NCBI GenBank assembly: GCA_051362555.1
Contig: CM120640.1
Location: forward strand, 15,748,001-15,812,000
Reading direction: 5' to 3'
DNA from: Lingula anatina
Taxonomy: Eukaryota > Animalia > Brachiopoda
DNA: 64,000 bases
The position numbers were made by a program, and so were the translations under genes. Of this stretch, positions 25,700 through 38,510 are shown piece after piece. The notes beneath the pieces are model-generated. The model was not told the origin of the DNA. It ran no database searches and saw only the letters and a list, made by a program, of their open reading frames with translations. Position 1 is the first letter of the stretch. Every line of letters starts with the position of its first letter.

Positions 25700-26860
25700 C
25701 CAGGGGCCCTCACGTTAGTGTCTAGTATCTAGTTTCCAGTTTCGTTTTTCAAAAACTTGTGTCATTATTTCAAAAACGAACCTGATAACCAGAAACTAGT
25801 TTCGTATTTCAAAATCGATTCTGGCAACCAGAAACTGGTGTCGTTTTTCAAAAACGAGCCTGGTAACTAGCAACTAGTGTCGTGTAAAAAATGATTTTAA
25901 GAAACCAGAATCGTTTTTGCAGAGGGAAACAAGAGTTGATGGAGAGAGGGGTGACCGGAGATTATGTTATCTTCTCGCCGTGCGGGGAGACCGAGAAGAC
26001 CGCCGATCGGTCTATACGGTGCACTGGCAGGGTGTTCCGGTCCTTCCTCACCGTGCGGAGAGGACTAGATGACCGCCGATCGGTCTTTACAGCGCACAGG
26101 TCGGCCTCTGGGCGTCTCGCCTTGTTGTAGGGTGGACTAAGTTTTATTCTGTTTAATAATAATAAACAATTCTGGCTACTAAAGACTAATGTCGTTTTTC
26201 TTACATTTATTTGCTAGAGTCGTTTAATAAATTGTGTGTGTGTGTGGGGGGGGGGGGGATTTCGCTTAATTAGTTTTATGCAATTAACGGTTACCAAAAG
26301 TGATTTAATGAAACAACGCTTAGAACATATCCTTTCAGAATTTTCAAAACAAAAGAAACTTAATATAATACAAAAAAACAGTTTTTGAATTATTTTGCTC
26401 AGTTTTAATATGTGTGCTTTATTCGTGCATAGACAGTTAAAATATTTATTCTGTGGAGTTTAACTATCTATGATTAACTATCTGAAGAGTCGAAATTGCA
26501 CCGGTTGCCAGACCGCCCATGGAAACCAGCGCGAACACGAGTGCATCGAACCCGTTTGGTCTGTGTCAGAATATCGGTTTATAGAAGAGGCGTTTCAACA
26601 GGTCAAAACCAGTGTCATTCTGGAAGCGTATGATTTTTACATATCTCTTCGAGACCTTGAAGACGATCCTTACATATATTCTGTGATCCAAAAACCGACA
26701 ACCGCCGTAAACTTACAAGTGAAGTTATGTCAGCGAAAGGTTTTGAATGCTACGATCACACCTTGCAATCATGTAATGAGCGTGTTTTTTGAATAGGTGA
26801 ACCTGCCATGTATCAAACAGTTATTCGGCCTTTATTATACGGACCAAGACACATTATTAG
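25700..26860 (+). mobile_element. Degenerate DNA-element relic: ~42-bp subterminal tandem repeats plus a decayed Cys/His ORF and RING-like remnant
   Basis: Repeats CAGAAACT(A/G)GT(T/G)TCGT.TTTCAAAA at 25730-25920. ORF 26470-26796 has CTGCQTAHGNQREHEC and KLCQRKVLNATITPCNHVM followed by a broken frame. Confidence 0.4.
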
Positions 26861-27645
26861 CAATATAATAAAAATATTTAATCTAATGTCTTTAAATCCC
26901 GATGTTCCGGAAAATTTTACACGGATAAAGTCATATTATAAACATTGTACACAGAGTTTATTAAACTATTCTGTAATCTTACGCTATTCGAACATAATTA
27001 TACCGATAAAGTCAAATTAGTAGGTGTTTCTTAAAATAATTTGTAATGTTACGTTATTCTGCTGACAATGCACTTTGTTTAATGCAGTCTTTAAATTCTT
27101 ATGTTAGTCTGTTATTTCTCATTGCGTTCTCACCATCTGCAATGTAATTACTGTTACCTGTGCTTAAATCGCTGTCAAAAACAAATTTTAAAATAGAATG
27201 TGTTAGGACCCATGAATGCGGATTCAATTTAAATACATTCTGTGTCTCAATCAATCAGTATCCGTCTAAATACGCCTTTTTCAATGTAAGACCATATTTT
27301 ACAGTGGGGTGGCTATTGTTCAGACTTATTTAAACATGCCACGCCGTTCATAGTCTTTTCGACAGTGTGCAAAGCACTTCAATCAGTAACTCGCACAACG
27401 GATGTGCAAACATCTGACCCCATTTGATTATACTTCTGCTGGCTATACAGATAGACCAGCACTGCTGTTTTTGTGTTATAGCTGCCCAATGTATGGGTGT
27501 AGGCCGAACACAAAATATGAAAGGACTTTGCAAGACCGACAATACCTTTCCTAACTGCTAAATAGATGCATGGATTTACTAACTTCGTATTAGTGTTTGG
27601 TAAGTAGAATATGTCGGTGCTAGGTAAAAGGGATCTGGGTGATTA

Positions 27646-27687
<42 letters not shown>

Positions 27688-27934
27688 AAATATACATCTC
27701 GAAAAATTTTATTATGTGTATGGTCTAAGCTGCCTTTGAGTTACGATCTGATTAAGGTAAAATGAATTAACCGTGATTCCAGTTCAAAGATTCATAAAGT
27801 GCAGCGTAAAATCTTTTGCTTATCCACCCAGAACCACTTTTCGGTTTCTATTTTAACTCGATATACAAGGAATACTCAAACATATACTGTTATCAACATT
27901 TTCGGTTAAGAAAATAAACAAAAGATTTTTTAAA

Positions 27935-27976
<42 letters not shown>

Positions 27977-29306
27977 TTAAGTGTGAATTCAAAGCAAAAA
28001 AGGCACAGAAAACGACTTTTCTGCAAACTTCCGTATCTTCTTTGCTTTCTGAAAAAAAAAACTAACTACTCTGTATATTGAAATGTTAAAAGATATGTCA
28101 TATGACATGATAAAAATTATTTGACAGGAAAATACTACATTTACACGGAAAAATATGAATATATTTAGCCAACAACATGTTTTAAAATTAGGCGACACTG
28201 GTAAAGTTTGACTCAAAATGTTAAAACGCACCTCTTCTTTTATTTTTTTACTTCTTTTTCTTCATCCTGCTCTTCTTCTTCTTCTTCTTCTTCTTCTTCA
28301 TCTTGTTCCATCTCTTGTTCTTCAGTAAGAACAATAAATTCTTCAAGCTGAAAAAAAATCACGCTCGCTATTGCCGTATTGTACAGGATGATGATATTTA
28401 TTTAAAACCATGTAGTTTCAATACTATGAAATAGCTAATCTTTCACAAACTAGGCCAATCAAATATCGTTAGAAGAGGGTAATACATATTTACCTTGTGG
28501 GCTTTGTAGACCCCTATTTGGAGGCCTTGTTGGTCCTCGTCCACCTGTAAATAAGTTTACACTGTTTGTCAAAAGACCGATTGCATTGAGTGCATATATG
28601 CAATACATAGAAATCTCCACCGCTAAAAAATACAATTTGACATGTTTTAGTTAAAAATGCCTTGCCTGATATTTTGTATGTTATACATGCGTTACGTACC
28701 TGTGATTCAATGTGAAACGATTTCACATAGTAATTTCCTAATTCCTTTTCTGTCACGGCTACAATATAGCCGTGACAAATATCGCAGTGCTGCACCTCTT
28801 TCTGCGGCATGTCGGTGTGCTTGTAATGAGAATTGGGGTATTTATATGCAACAAAAAATATGTGACTTTGCAGTTTTTTCTCTAATTTAATATCAAATAT
28901 TAGAATAATTATATATTACAGCATTTCAAACTTGTTCTTTGAATAAAGAAAAGTTGTACAATATCCCTAATGCCATGAAAAGACAGTGACCATCTTTGGC
29001 AAGATAAGATGACTCTGCAATTCTTTTCAGTAAAAACATAATGACTGTGAAGTTTTTCTTCAAATAATTATAAAATAAAACATTTCAAACGTGTCCTTTG
29101 AATAAAAAAAAGTTATTCAATATCAAAAACGCAATGATAAGACAACGACCGTATTTGGCAAACAAAATGACTGCAATTCTTTCCGTTATTGAATATTATA
29201 TTAGTACAGAGTAGGTTTTTACAGATGAATATATAGCCAAATGCTACCGGACTGTGAACGGACCTGTGCTTGTTTACCCTTCCCTTTGTGAGACGCGTTT
29301 AACTAA

Positions 29307-29490
29307 GGGCGTATTCCCAGAGCTTTTAGATCGATCTATCCCTGCGGGGAGTCTCACTGTCGGATTATCCGGCTTAAATGTTCGTCCCGCCTACTACAAG
29401 CTGTAAGGGGGTAATTAACTTTCGTGCCCGCTCGGCTGACAGCTATTTATTTATCTAAAGTAGATCGATCTAATCTCTGGGAATGGGGTC
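29307..29490. mobile_element. Harbinger-like MITE family M
   Basis: TAA|GGGCGTATTCCCAGAG...CTCTGGGAATGGGGTC|TAA; internal sequence matches the 6946 and 42608 copies. Confidence 0.75.
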
Positions 29491-30900
29491 TAAAACTCAA
29501 TGCCACCTCTTTAATGGGTCAGTAATAACACATGTGCATCTTTTTATTTACCCAATTCAAAGAAAAAGTGATGCGTTCAGTAGGTATAAAATACAACTCA
29601 TACAACACCAAATGTATTCTAGATTTTTTTTTTTTTTTTGTATTCGTATGACAAACATTCGATACGAACTCACAGTGACAGACGCGCATACACCAAACAC
29701 GTCTTTCTTCTTTATATTTGCAAATCCGCCTGCACGTTCTTCAGGTGTTAATTTGTTGACAAATCCGCTTAACAGATAACACCCCCTCCCTCTGCTTGTC
29801 ACATATTTGAAAGTTCACCTCAAAGGGTATCCAAGGGCATCTAGTGCATTCGTTATTAAAATTCGCTTACATTTAGCATCATGTCCCACATTTAGGCTTC
29901 AAGGGTCACTAAAAATTGCATTAAAAGTATACTGTACCGCAAAGGATCGGGGCTCTTAAAACTCCTCTTTTACTACTAGCATTAAACTTAGTGCATTGAG
30001 AAACCGTGTGTGCGCGCGAAGGTATGCTCTCGCGTTTGTGTGTTGAAATATTTAATAAGTTCTTACCTGAACAAAATCCGACGGCTCGTCCATCTACAGC
30101 AGAAAACAGCCTACACTTCACGCCATTCATCTAAAAGAAACATTAAGAAGTATTAATAACTGCAAACTAAATACGTCTTTACAAGTAAATGGGGAACCCA
30201 TATCTTTGTATCAAAACCCAGTGTTAAAGAGCACCATAAGCTTTATTCGTCATATTCATTGCGATCATTCAATTGTCCAGGGTCAAACATTTTCAAAAAG
30301 ATGGAGAGTTCACAGTGCTTAAGGATATCAAATAAATTTAGATGCTACTCAAAGTTCAGCTGTGTGCACCGATTTTTCTGCATGTATTCTGATATACAAC
30401 ATTAAAAAGACGAGTTATAAACATTTGACATAACTTACGCGTTTCTAGCGTTTTATTACAAAGATAATTGTACATATAATGATACTTGCAAGATATATTT
30501 TCTTCTATGCCTAATAAAAGCTTGAACTCGCAATTGTACCTTGCATATTCTGTGTCTTCATGAAACGGTGCCCAACAGTTGAACTGACAAGTGACCAATC
30601 TGGACGACAACTCATGTTGCGATGAAGGACTTATTGTTATGTAAATATCAACAGGTAGGGTTCATTTTAGGTGAGGGGTCGTGGCTCAAACCATTCTCAC
30701 GAGAAAAAGCAAATGTTCATAATCTGATAGCTTTTTAGAAAAATAACTGTATTCCCTTAGACATTTAATGTATTCAGACGTTCTTAAACTATAGATGTTA
30801 CACATTAGATAATGAACCCATTCTTCTATAACTGTAGTTTAATACATTAAACCTACACGCTTGCATTGCACCCGTTTCAAGTGTCTGGGGTAAGTAAGTA

Positions 30901-33900
30901 AACAAGGCAGCAAAGCTGTCAAATGTACAGACAAAAACCAGAAAATAAAAACGCAGGAAATACGATACTGTCAATTCTGATGACCTAATGTATTATGCTT
31001 ACTGTAACTGCATAGCCAACATCAAATTCTTATTCTGCATAACATTGGATTAGGATGAAAGTAAAATGTGTATCAAGCATTAGACTAAGTTTCCATACCT
31101 AGATCAATCTAACATAACAGGATCAATCCAACTCCAAGGGGTTTCTCACTAAATTGCTTTCAGTTTGAGAGTCTTAGGATTCTTGCATGCCAGTTTCAGT
31201 AGGCGTGACAGACAACTAAGCCAATTACATTGATTGCAATTTAGCGAGAATTCCCATGGAGATAGATCGATCCACAGTTAGCATGATAGGGTCTGGAAAT
31301 AGTCCCTAAGGTGTCAGGCTGATAAGAGTTAAACTTTGGAAATGCCAGAATGAGGTACAGTGAAAATTACACACAAAAAAAAATTGCTTAAACTCTTTAA
31401 AATATATATATATATATAATTAATTTTTTTTTTTTGGCTGTATGTCAATCCTAAGAATCATTCTTGTAACTTAACAAAATACAGAAAATGTTACAAAGTA
31501 AGAGTACAGGGCTCCTGGCAGATGGGAGTGATAAGTCACAACTTGAAAATGCCAGTATAGCACTCTATAAACCTGCATTGCCTCCAAAACAGAAAACAAT
31601 CACACTGGTTTTCAAACACAAGCTGCGCACTTCTGTCTTATGAAACTTTTCACTAAGTTTCAGTATCATAAGTAACATGGTTTTCCCTTAATCGCTATCC
31701 TGGCAGCAGTGTCCAAAATAGGGTTTTCTTCAACTTTCATGCAATAATACATAATACTTAACAGCATAATGACCATCAAATTTTTTATAAAAAAAATAAA
31801 AGTATCATGAATATTCAGAAAATGTGATTTGGGAAGGTCTTCAAGGCCATGGAAGTTCAGAGTCACACTTTCAAAATGCCCAAATGTAATCAAGAGATAA
31901 CTGTACTGAAATGATTTTCTTTCCATTTTCAACACCTTTTTTAAAACAAAATGATCAATAAACTGTCATTTTTAAATGTTCAACTAGGAAAATTGTTGAC
32001 ATAGGAAAAATATCAACAGAACAATTTTCAATGTCCAATTTGCTCCATTTGCAGATGCTGAACATAGTAAATGATTAAATCTGACAAACTGCAATGATGA
32101 GTTCCTTTCCATTTATGATACTTTATTACACAATGCACAATATTATAACAGGTTTACCGTCATTTTTATATAATCAACAATATTGTTAAGAAGCAGAAAA
32201 TGTCAAAACAACACTTTTACATATCTTATTAGTTCCATAATGAGACTGTTAACATGCCTAAGAATTAAATCTGAAGAAATAACAATTATATACAAAAATA
32301 CAGAAAATGCACAGCACTTCCGGTGGATGGGAGTATAAAATCACATCTTGAAGATGCTAGTGTTTGAAAAATAATTAAAAAAAATTTTTAATAAAATGTA
32401 AAAAATTCCAATAAAGCTGCTATTCAAACTTTTAATATAGCTGTATTAACTTGATATTAATAACCCCACCAAGTTTGAGAAAAATAAAGCACTGTTATTC
32501 ATCTATAGCATGTTGGCATAACACATTCTTTTTGTTGTAAATTATTTGCAATGTTAAACACCATTTATCTGCACAATTATCACCAAATCCTAATTTTGTG
32601 ACACAGTTAAGAGAGCTAAACCTATGGGACTTTACAGGGAAATCTCAAGGAGTGTTTATGTAATCTCATTTAATGGCCAATTGAAAATTAATGAGTAGGC
32701 AAGTGACTTTATAGACCTTAATTTAATTAGTGATCACCCAAGGGACAATTTTAAAGACTGCTATCCATACAGTACCGTCATATAGCACAAAGGTGTTGCA
32801 TACATGCTGAAAAAAGTGACAAAACTTCCCTAAAAATGACCCGATCATGCTGATTTTCGAACTTGACCTGCGTAATATGAATATTCATTAGTTCTGCAAG
32901 TTTCAAGCCAAAAGGTAAAATGATTTTTCACTTATCATGTTATCAGTGTTGCATATATGGTGAAAAAAGTGAAAAATATGCATAACTTCCCTAAAAATGG
33001 CCCGATCATGCTGATTTTCGAACTTTACCTGCGTATTATGATTATTCATCAGTTCTGTAAGTTTCAAGGGAAAAGGTAAAATGGTTTTCCACTTATCGTG
33101 TTATCGGTGCTGCATATATGCTGAAACAAGACAGCACTGTTCTGCAATGGGTTTACTTCCATTTTTAAAACACTTTTTTAACATAAAACAAAATAAACAG
33201 TTTTCTACCATTTGTATATGATCAACTAAGAAAATTGATGAGATGGGAAAAATATCATTAGAACAGTGTTAAATGTCCAATTTCCTCCATTCTGAGATAA
33301 TGAATATAGTAGATGATTGAATCTGACAAACTGCAATGGTATTTGTTTATTTCCATTTTTGACACTTTATAACATAATACACAATAACAAGTTTACCATC
33401 ATTTTTACATAATCAACTAACAATGTTATTAAGATGCAGGAAATGTCAAACAAACACTTTTACGTATCTTATTAGCTCAATAATGAGACTGTTAACATGC
33501 CTAACAATTGAATCTGAGGAAATGTGAAAAAACAGCATAACTTCTAAAATAATGGCCCGATTATGCTGATTTTCGAACTCAACCTGCGTTTTAGTTAGTT
33601 TGACTACTCCTGTGAGTATAATGACAATTGGCCTATCTGTTTTTCTTATATTGTGTTATTAGCGTTGCATATATGTTGAAAGAAGTGAAAAAACAGCATA
33701 ACTTCCCTAAAAATGGCCCGATCATGCTGATTTTCAAACTTTACCTGCGTATTATGATTATTCATCAGTTCTGTAAGTTTCAAGGGAAAAGGTAAAATGG
33801 TTTTCCACTTATCATGTTATCGGTGCTGCATATATGCTGAAACAAGACAGCACTGTTCTGCAATGGGTTTACTTCCATTTTTAAAACACTTTTTTAACAT

Positions 33901-34856
33901 AAAACAAAATAAACAGTTTTCTACCATTTGTATATGATCAACTAAGAAAATTGATGAGATGGGAAAAATATCATTAGAACAGTGTTAAATGTCCAATTTC
34001 CTCCATTCTGAGATAATGAATATAGTAGATGATTGAATCTGACAAACTGCAATGGTATTTGTTTATTTCCATTTTTGACACTTTATAACATAATACACAA
34101 TAACAAGTTTACCATCATTTTTACATAATCAACTAACAATGTTATTAAGATGCAGGAAATGTCAAACAAACACTTTTACGTATCTTATTAGTTCAATAAT
34201 GAGACTGTTAACATGCCTAACAATTGAATCTGAGGAAATGTGAAAAAACAGCATAACTTCTAAAATAATGCTGCATATATGCGGAAAAAAGAGAAAAAAT
34301 AGACTAAATTCACTAAAAATGACCCAATCACGCGGATTTTCGAACTTGACCTGCGTATTATAAATATTCATCAGATCTGCAAGTTTCAAGCCAAAAGGTA
34401 AAATGGTTTTCCACTTATCGTGTTATCGGTGCTTCATATATGCTGAAAAAAGTGAAAAAACAGCATAAATTCCCTATAAATGACCCGATCATGCTGATTT
34501 TCGAACTTGACCTGCGTATTATGAATATTCATCAGTTCTGTAAGTTTCAAGTCAAAAGGTAAAATGGTTTTCCACTTATCGTGTTATCGGTCCTGCATAT
34601 ATGCTGAAAAAAGTGAAAAAACAGAATAAATTCCCTACAAGTGACCTGATCATGCTGATTTTCGAACTTGACCTGCGTATTATGAATATTCATCAGTTCT
34701 GTAAGTTTCAAGCCAAAAGAAAAAATAGTTTTCCACTTATCGTGTTATCGGTAAAAGTGCACGGCGACGGCGACGACGGCGACGGCAACGGCGACGGCGA
34801 CGACAGACGCAGATGATGGCTATATGTACAGACACATCTGTGTCTGTACATAAAAA
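30901..34856 (-). mobile_element. Full-length HINE family A copy (inverted relative to 1501-3301) with 161-bp tandem units, a ~717-bp internal duplication and a nested MITE
   Basis: AACAAGGCAGCAAAGCTGTCAAATGTACAGACA at 30901 and (GACGGC)n...TGTACAGACACATCTGTGTCTGTACATAAAAA at 34760-34856 are the reverse complement of the intron copy ends. Units start at 34381/34542/34703. Block 32984-33540 is repeated from 33700. Confidence 0.85.
31083..31306. mobile_element. Harbinger-like MITE family M nested in the HINE
   Basis: GACTAAGTTTCCATACCTAGATC...GGTCTGGAAATAGTCCC with TTA/TAA flanks; absent from the HINE copy at 1501. Confidence 0.7.
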
Positions 34857-35360
34857 GGAATAAAAAAGTTCATGTATGCTGGAAGAATTTCAGTTGTTTT
34901 TATTGCTGACAAACGTCTTGCAACAAAATGCATTTTATTGCTGTTTGTATTGTTGTATTGCGATCAAACCCGCAATTCCTGTGAAAAATCTGTCCCCTAT
35001 ACCGTATCCATTTATTGGCAACTAGAAAATAAACAGATGGCGAAAATCAGTGTTTTCAGATGGCATATGGTCTGTTTTATACGTGTAGATGCAATGTTAG
35101 TAATGGACACCCATGAGTGAATAAGGAGCGAGGAGTGTTTTGTAGAGTAACTGAGTTGATTGACATGCTCTTATGGCAATGTAAACGGAAGAAGGCCACT
35201 AAAAGGTTGCATGAGGTAAAGACAGAAATGAAAGAAAGCGGAGTGGGAAATATCTCGAAAGTGATTTATAAATAATATTAAAGTATATAAAAGAGTTGTA
35301 TTTACTACCTCGCGTAACGGCAGAAAATAAAGACAACAACTTCGTCACATAGATATATGT

Positions 35361-35570
35361 CATGGGCAGATCCAGGATTATTTGAAGGTTAGGGGGTCCT
35401 GAACGACAGACCTCGGATGCGAAGCCGACCATCGCCCCCTTGGTGTGGGGTTCGGGGCCTGTTCAAGGGCCCCGAAAAAATTTAGGTGTTTCAAAGAGTA
35501 AATAGTGCCCTTTGGTACGTTTTAGAACTATGATTTAGGAACCCTGACCCCCCCTTTAAATCCGCCACTG
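35361..35570. mobile_element. Short hAT-like MITE
   Basis: CATGGGCAGATCCAGG... / ...AAATCCGCCACTG imperfect TIRs with CA...TG termini; TSD not clean. Confidence 0.45.
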
Positions 35571-36329
35571 CGACATGTTATATTTTATGGAATTATTGTG
35601 AAAACATGCCAAAATTAGAAATGGAAGTACATCAGTAAACCTTTATCCTGTTTTTTATTTCCAATTGTTACTACTTTGCTGTACTAGAATTATGACACAT
35701 AATTCTATTAAAGACCACTCACTAAATTTTTACAGACAAAATTTAAAAGAAAGCCATTGCACAGAATTTTCCCCATCATGACTATTTCGCATGTAAATCT
35801 TTACTACCACTACTAATTCTACCGATGAAATTAAAAAAAATTGTGTGGTTAACATGAGGCACAACTGCAATTTTCACTGTCATTTGGTACGTTTTGAAAT
35901 AAAGGAGGCATGGAGGACACAAAATACCACGTGGAGACCTACGACGAATCGTGTGACATTCCTAGAGGTTCTTAGAGTTTGTGGTTGGGGCGGAGTTAAC
36001 CCTTTGAAAGATGTTACCTACACATCAAGAAGTTTTTAGAATATGCGCCTAAACACATTGTTTTAACATCTTCATAATGAAAAAAAAAACACTTGCATAA
36101 ACGTAGATTTGATTTATCTGAGGTATAAATCTATCTTGTCAATGGGTGTACCTAATTACCGTCTACAACCGAGCACAACCGACCACTACCGTCCACAAGC
36201 ACTAATTACCGTCCACACAACAGCCCACACGTAATAAATACCGTCCACAAGCGTCCTCCCATATGAAATAGTTGTAAAATCAACTAAAAGATAGAAATTT
36301 AACATAAGATGGTGCTTTTTTTTTTTAAT

Positions 36330-37020
36330 TTCGATGGAAAGGCAGTCTTTTTTTATATGTTGCACTTCCAAATGGGCTAGCCTCTGCATCCAGGATCTGG
36401 ACTAAGCTTCTTAAACCAGTTTTGGCACAATTAAGGTCAAAAGCATACATTTCCAGCATTTACTTGGATGATCTATATTTACAAGGTGAACCTAAGGAAG
36501 CTTGTGAGGAGAATGTTAGAGAAACTGTGCAATTACTATCAAAATTCGGTTTTCTCACTGAACTGTTTGAAGCTGGTCTTAATTACAGTGCCATCTGCAC
36601 TGCAAGATCTGCCTTATCGGCTTTTGTGCAACTGAAAGATTGCTCAGCACTTGGATCTAACCAGCTCATCAAACGTTTCATTAAAGGTGTATTTCACAGC
36701 AGACCTTCTTTTCCAGGTACCAAACACATGGGATACAAATATTGTATTAGCATACCTAGAGAAATTATCACCAGATTCAAAACTTTCGGACAAAGATCTA
36801 ACACGCAAACTAGTTATGCTGGTGGCACTGATATCAGGACAAAGATGTCAGTCAATTTATCTCATGAACCTTAAAACAGTGTTAAAAACTGACACAGGAG
36901 TGGCTTTTTTAATTGACGCATTAGTTAAACAGTCTAGGCCAACAAAAGATCAGCCAATCATAAACTTACCAGGTTTCCCAGAGAATAGCAGACTCTGTGT
37001 GTTGAATGTGTTACATGAAT
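36330..37020 (+). pseudogene. DIRS-type retrotransposon relic: RT core fused by internal deletion to the tyrosine recombinase
   Basis: RT: FRWKGS..YVALPNGLASASRIWTKLLKPVLAQLR...IYLDDLYL...LLSKFGF. It runs straight into YR FLTELFEAGLNYSAICTARSALS...LIKRFIKGVFHSRPS, then after a frameshift TWD...LTRKLVMLVALISGQRCQ...KQSRP...RLCVL. Confidence 0.88.
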
Positions 37021-38279
37021 ATTATATGAATATTTTTAACGTTGATCCAACGCAACTATGCCTGTTGGGTTTTGTACAAAAAGAACACCCCCCCCCCCCC
37101 CCCCAAAAAAAAAATGTAGGTCTTTAAAAGAAAAATAGGGGTTAGAGTCAGTAAAATATTTTCAATTGCAACCAAAAAAAGAAAAGTCATTTTTATGTAA
37201 AGCATGCTATCAAAAAAAGAAGGGAAAATATGGATAGGAAATAGAGTCCAAATACAGTAAGTATATTGTTGTAAAGCAAATTACTTACACTTTCACTAAT
37301 TACAGATAACAATTAAAGCGGAATCAAAAGAGTAAAAGGGACAAAGAGTTATTGAGCGTAAGTTAAGTTTCTCCAAGAGTCAACAAGTGTAGAACATGTT
37401 TTTAGTGTCAGATAAAGATGGAAAGGTCAAAGTCAGTAACAGTTAATGTGATTGGTTAATTTCATAACATATTTTAATTTTGATCATCTATTTATCACAT
37501 GATAACTGAGTTTTGGATAAGGGCCAAGCATGAGTAATCCAAATAATATTTTAGATATCTTTAATTGAAAACAAGTATCTTAGGGATTACCTAATAAGGA
37601 AATGTTGCATGGTGACTTGCAACATGCGAATGGAAAATATTTTGTAATCACGCAAAGACAATGGAAAAGAAAACAAGTAAATGCGTGATCAGTACGGAGA
37701 AATTGAGTATAAATATTTGTGAAGTTGTATGAAGAGAGAGTCGGTGAATAAACGTTCGAAAGCTCCAAACTGCTGTCGTTATTTCTCACTATAACAATAT
37801 CTTATTTCAATTCTTATTTCTTAAGATTAAGAAAGATTAAATGTAAAATGTGCTTCAGATATTCAAAGTTATATTAATTATCATAATAGCAGATGTACAT
37901 TGTGGTGGCTTCTACTTTATATAGAGACCCATGCTGTAATAGACCTTTACACATAAGGGTGGCTCGACCCAACCCCCTCTAATGGGCATGAAAGTACATT
38001 TTGTACAACCAAACTTGTTGTGTAAATATCCCCTTTTACGTTTATTTTGCATGAAAAGGCTCCATCACTTCCACACCAGCATTACACTTGTAGAGTTTTT
38101 TTTTCTTTTATTTATCACCAAAATTCTATGAATGGCTTTATTTGTCAAGGAGATCAGTGAAAACCTATTGATTTGGTAAATAGTCCAAACAAGAGACCAA
38201 CAGCCTATAATAATTACCAGAATTTTACCAGATAAAGCAAGCTAGCCAATATACTGATGAGCATCTGCTAGAATGCCAG

Positions 38280-38510
38280 TTTGAAGTCAGTGTACGCAAG
38301 GATACACCTGATTCAATCAGAGCCAAAATAGTTAATTAAGGCACACATCTAGCCACCAGTACACATTATGGATTCAGACCTCCCATAGCAAAACTAGACC
38401 CATCAGTGTCTGGTACTGCCTGTGTAAAGCAGGTCCCAAGACAGTTGGAATTTGTGAACATATCACTTCAGTCCTGTGGTATATGGGGTTTGCCATGAGG
38501 CAGGGATACA
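38280..38510 (+). pseudogene. DNA-transposase C-terminal SWIM zinc-finger relic
   Basis: ISVWYCLCKAGPKTVGICEHITSVLWYMGFA (CxC...CxH SWIM) in a decayed frame. PIF/Harbinger-ISL2EU group affinity is inferred. Confidence 0.6.

Noticed and set aside
38253-38290. Other CTGATGA motifs (here, ~47730, ~60039) as hammerheads
   Set aside because: There is no correctly placed GAAA, stem III or stem I.
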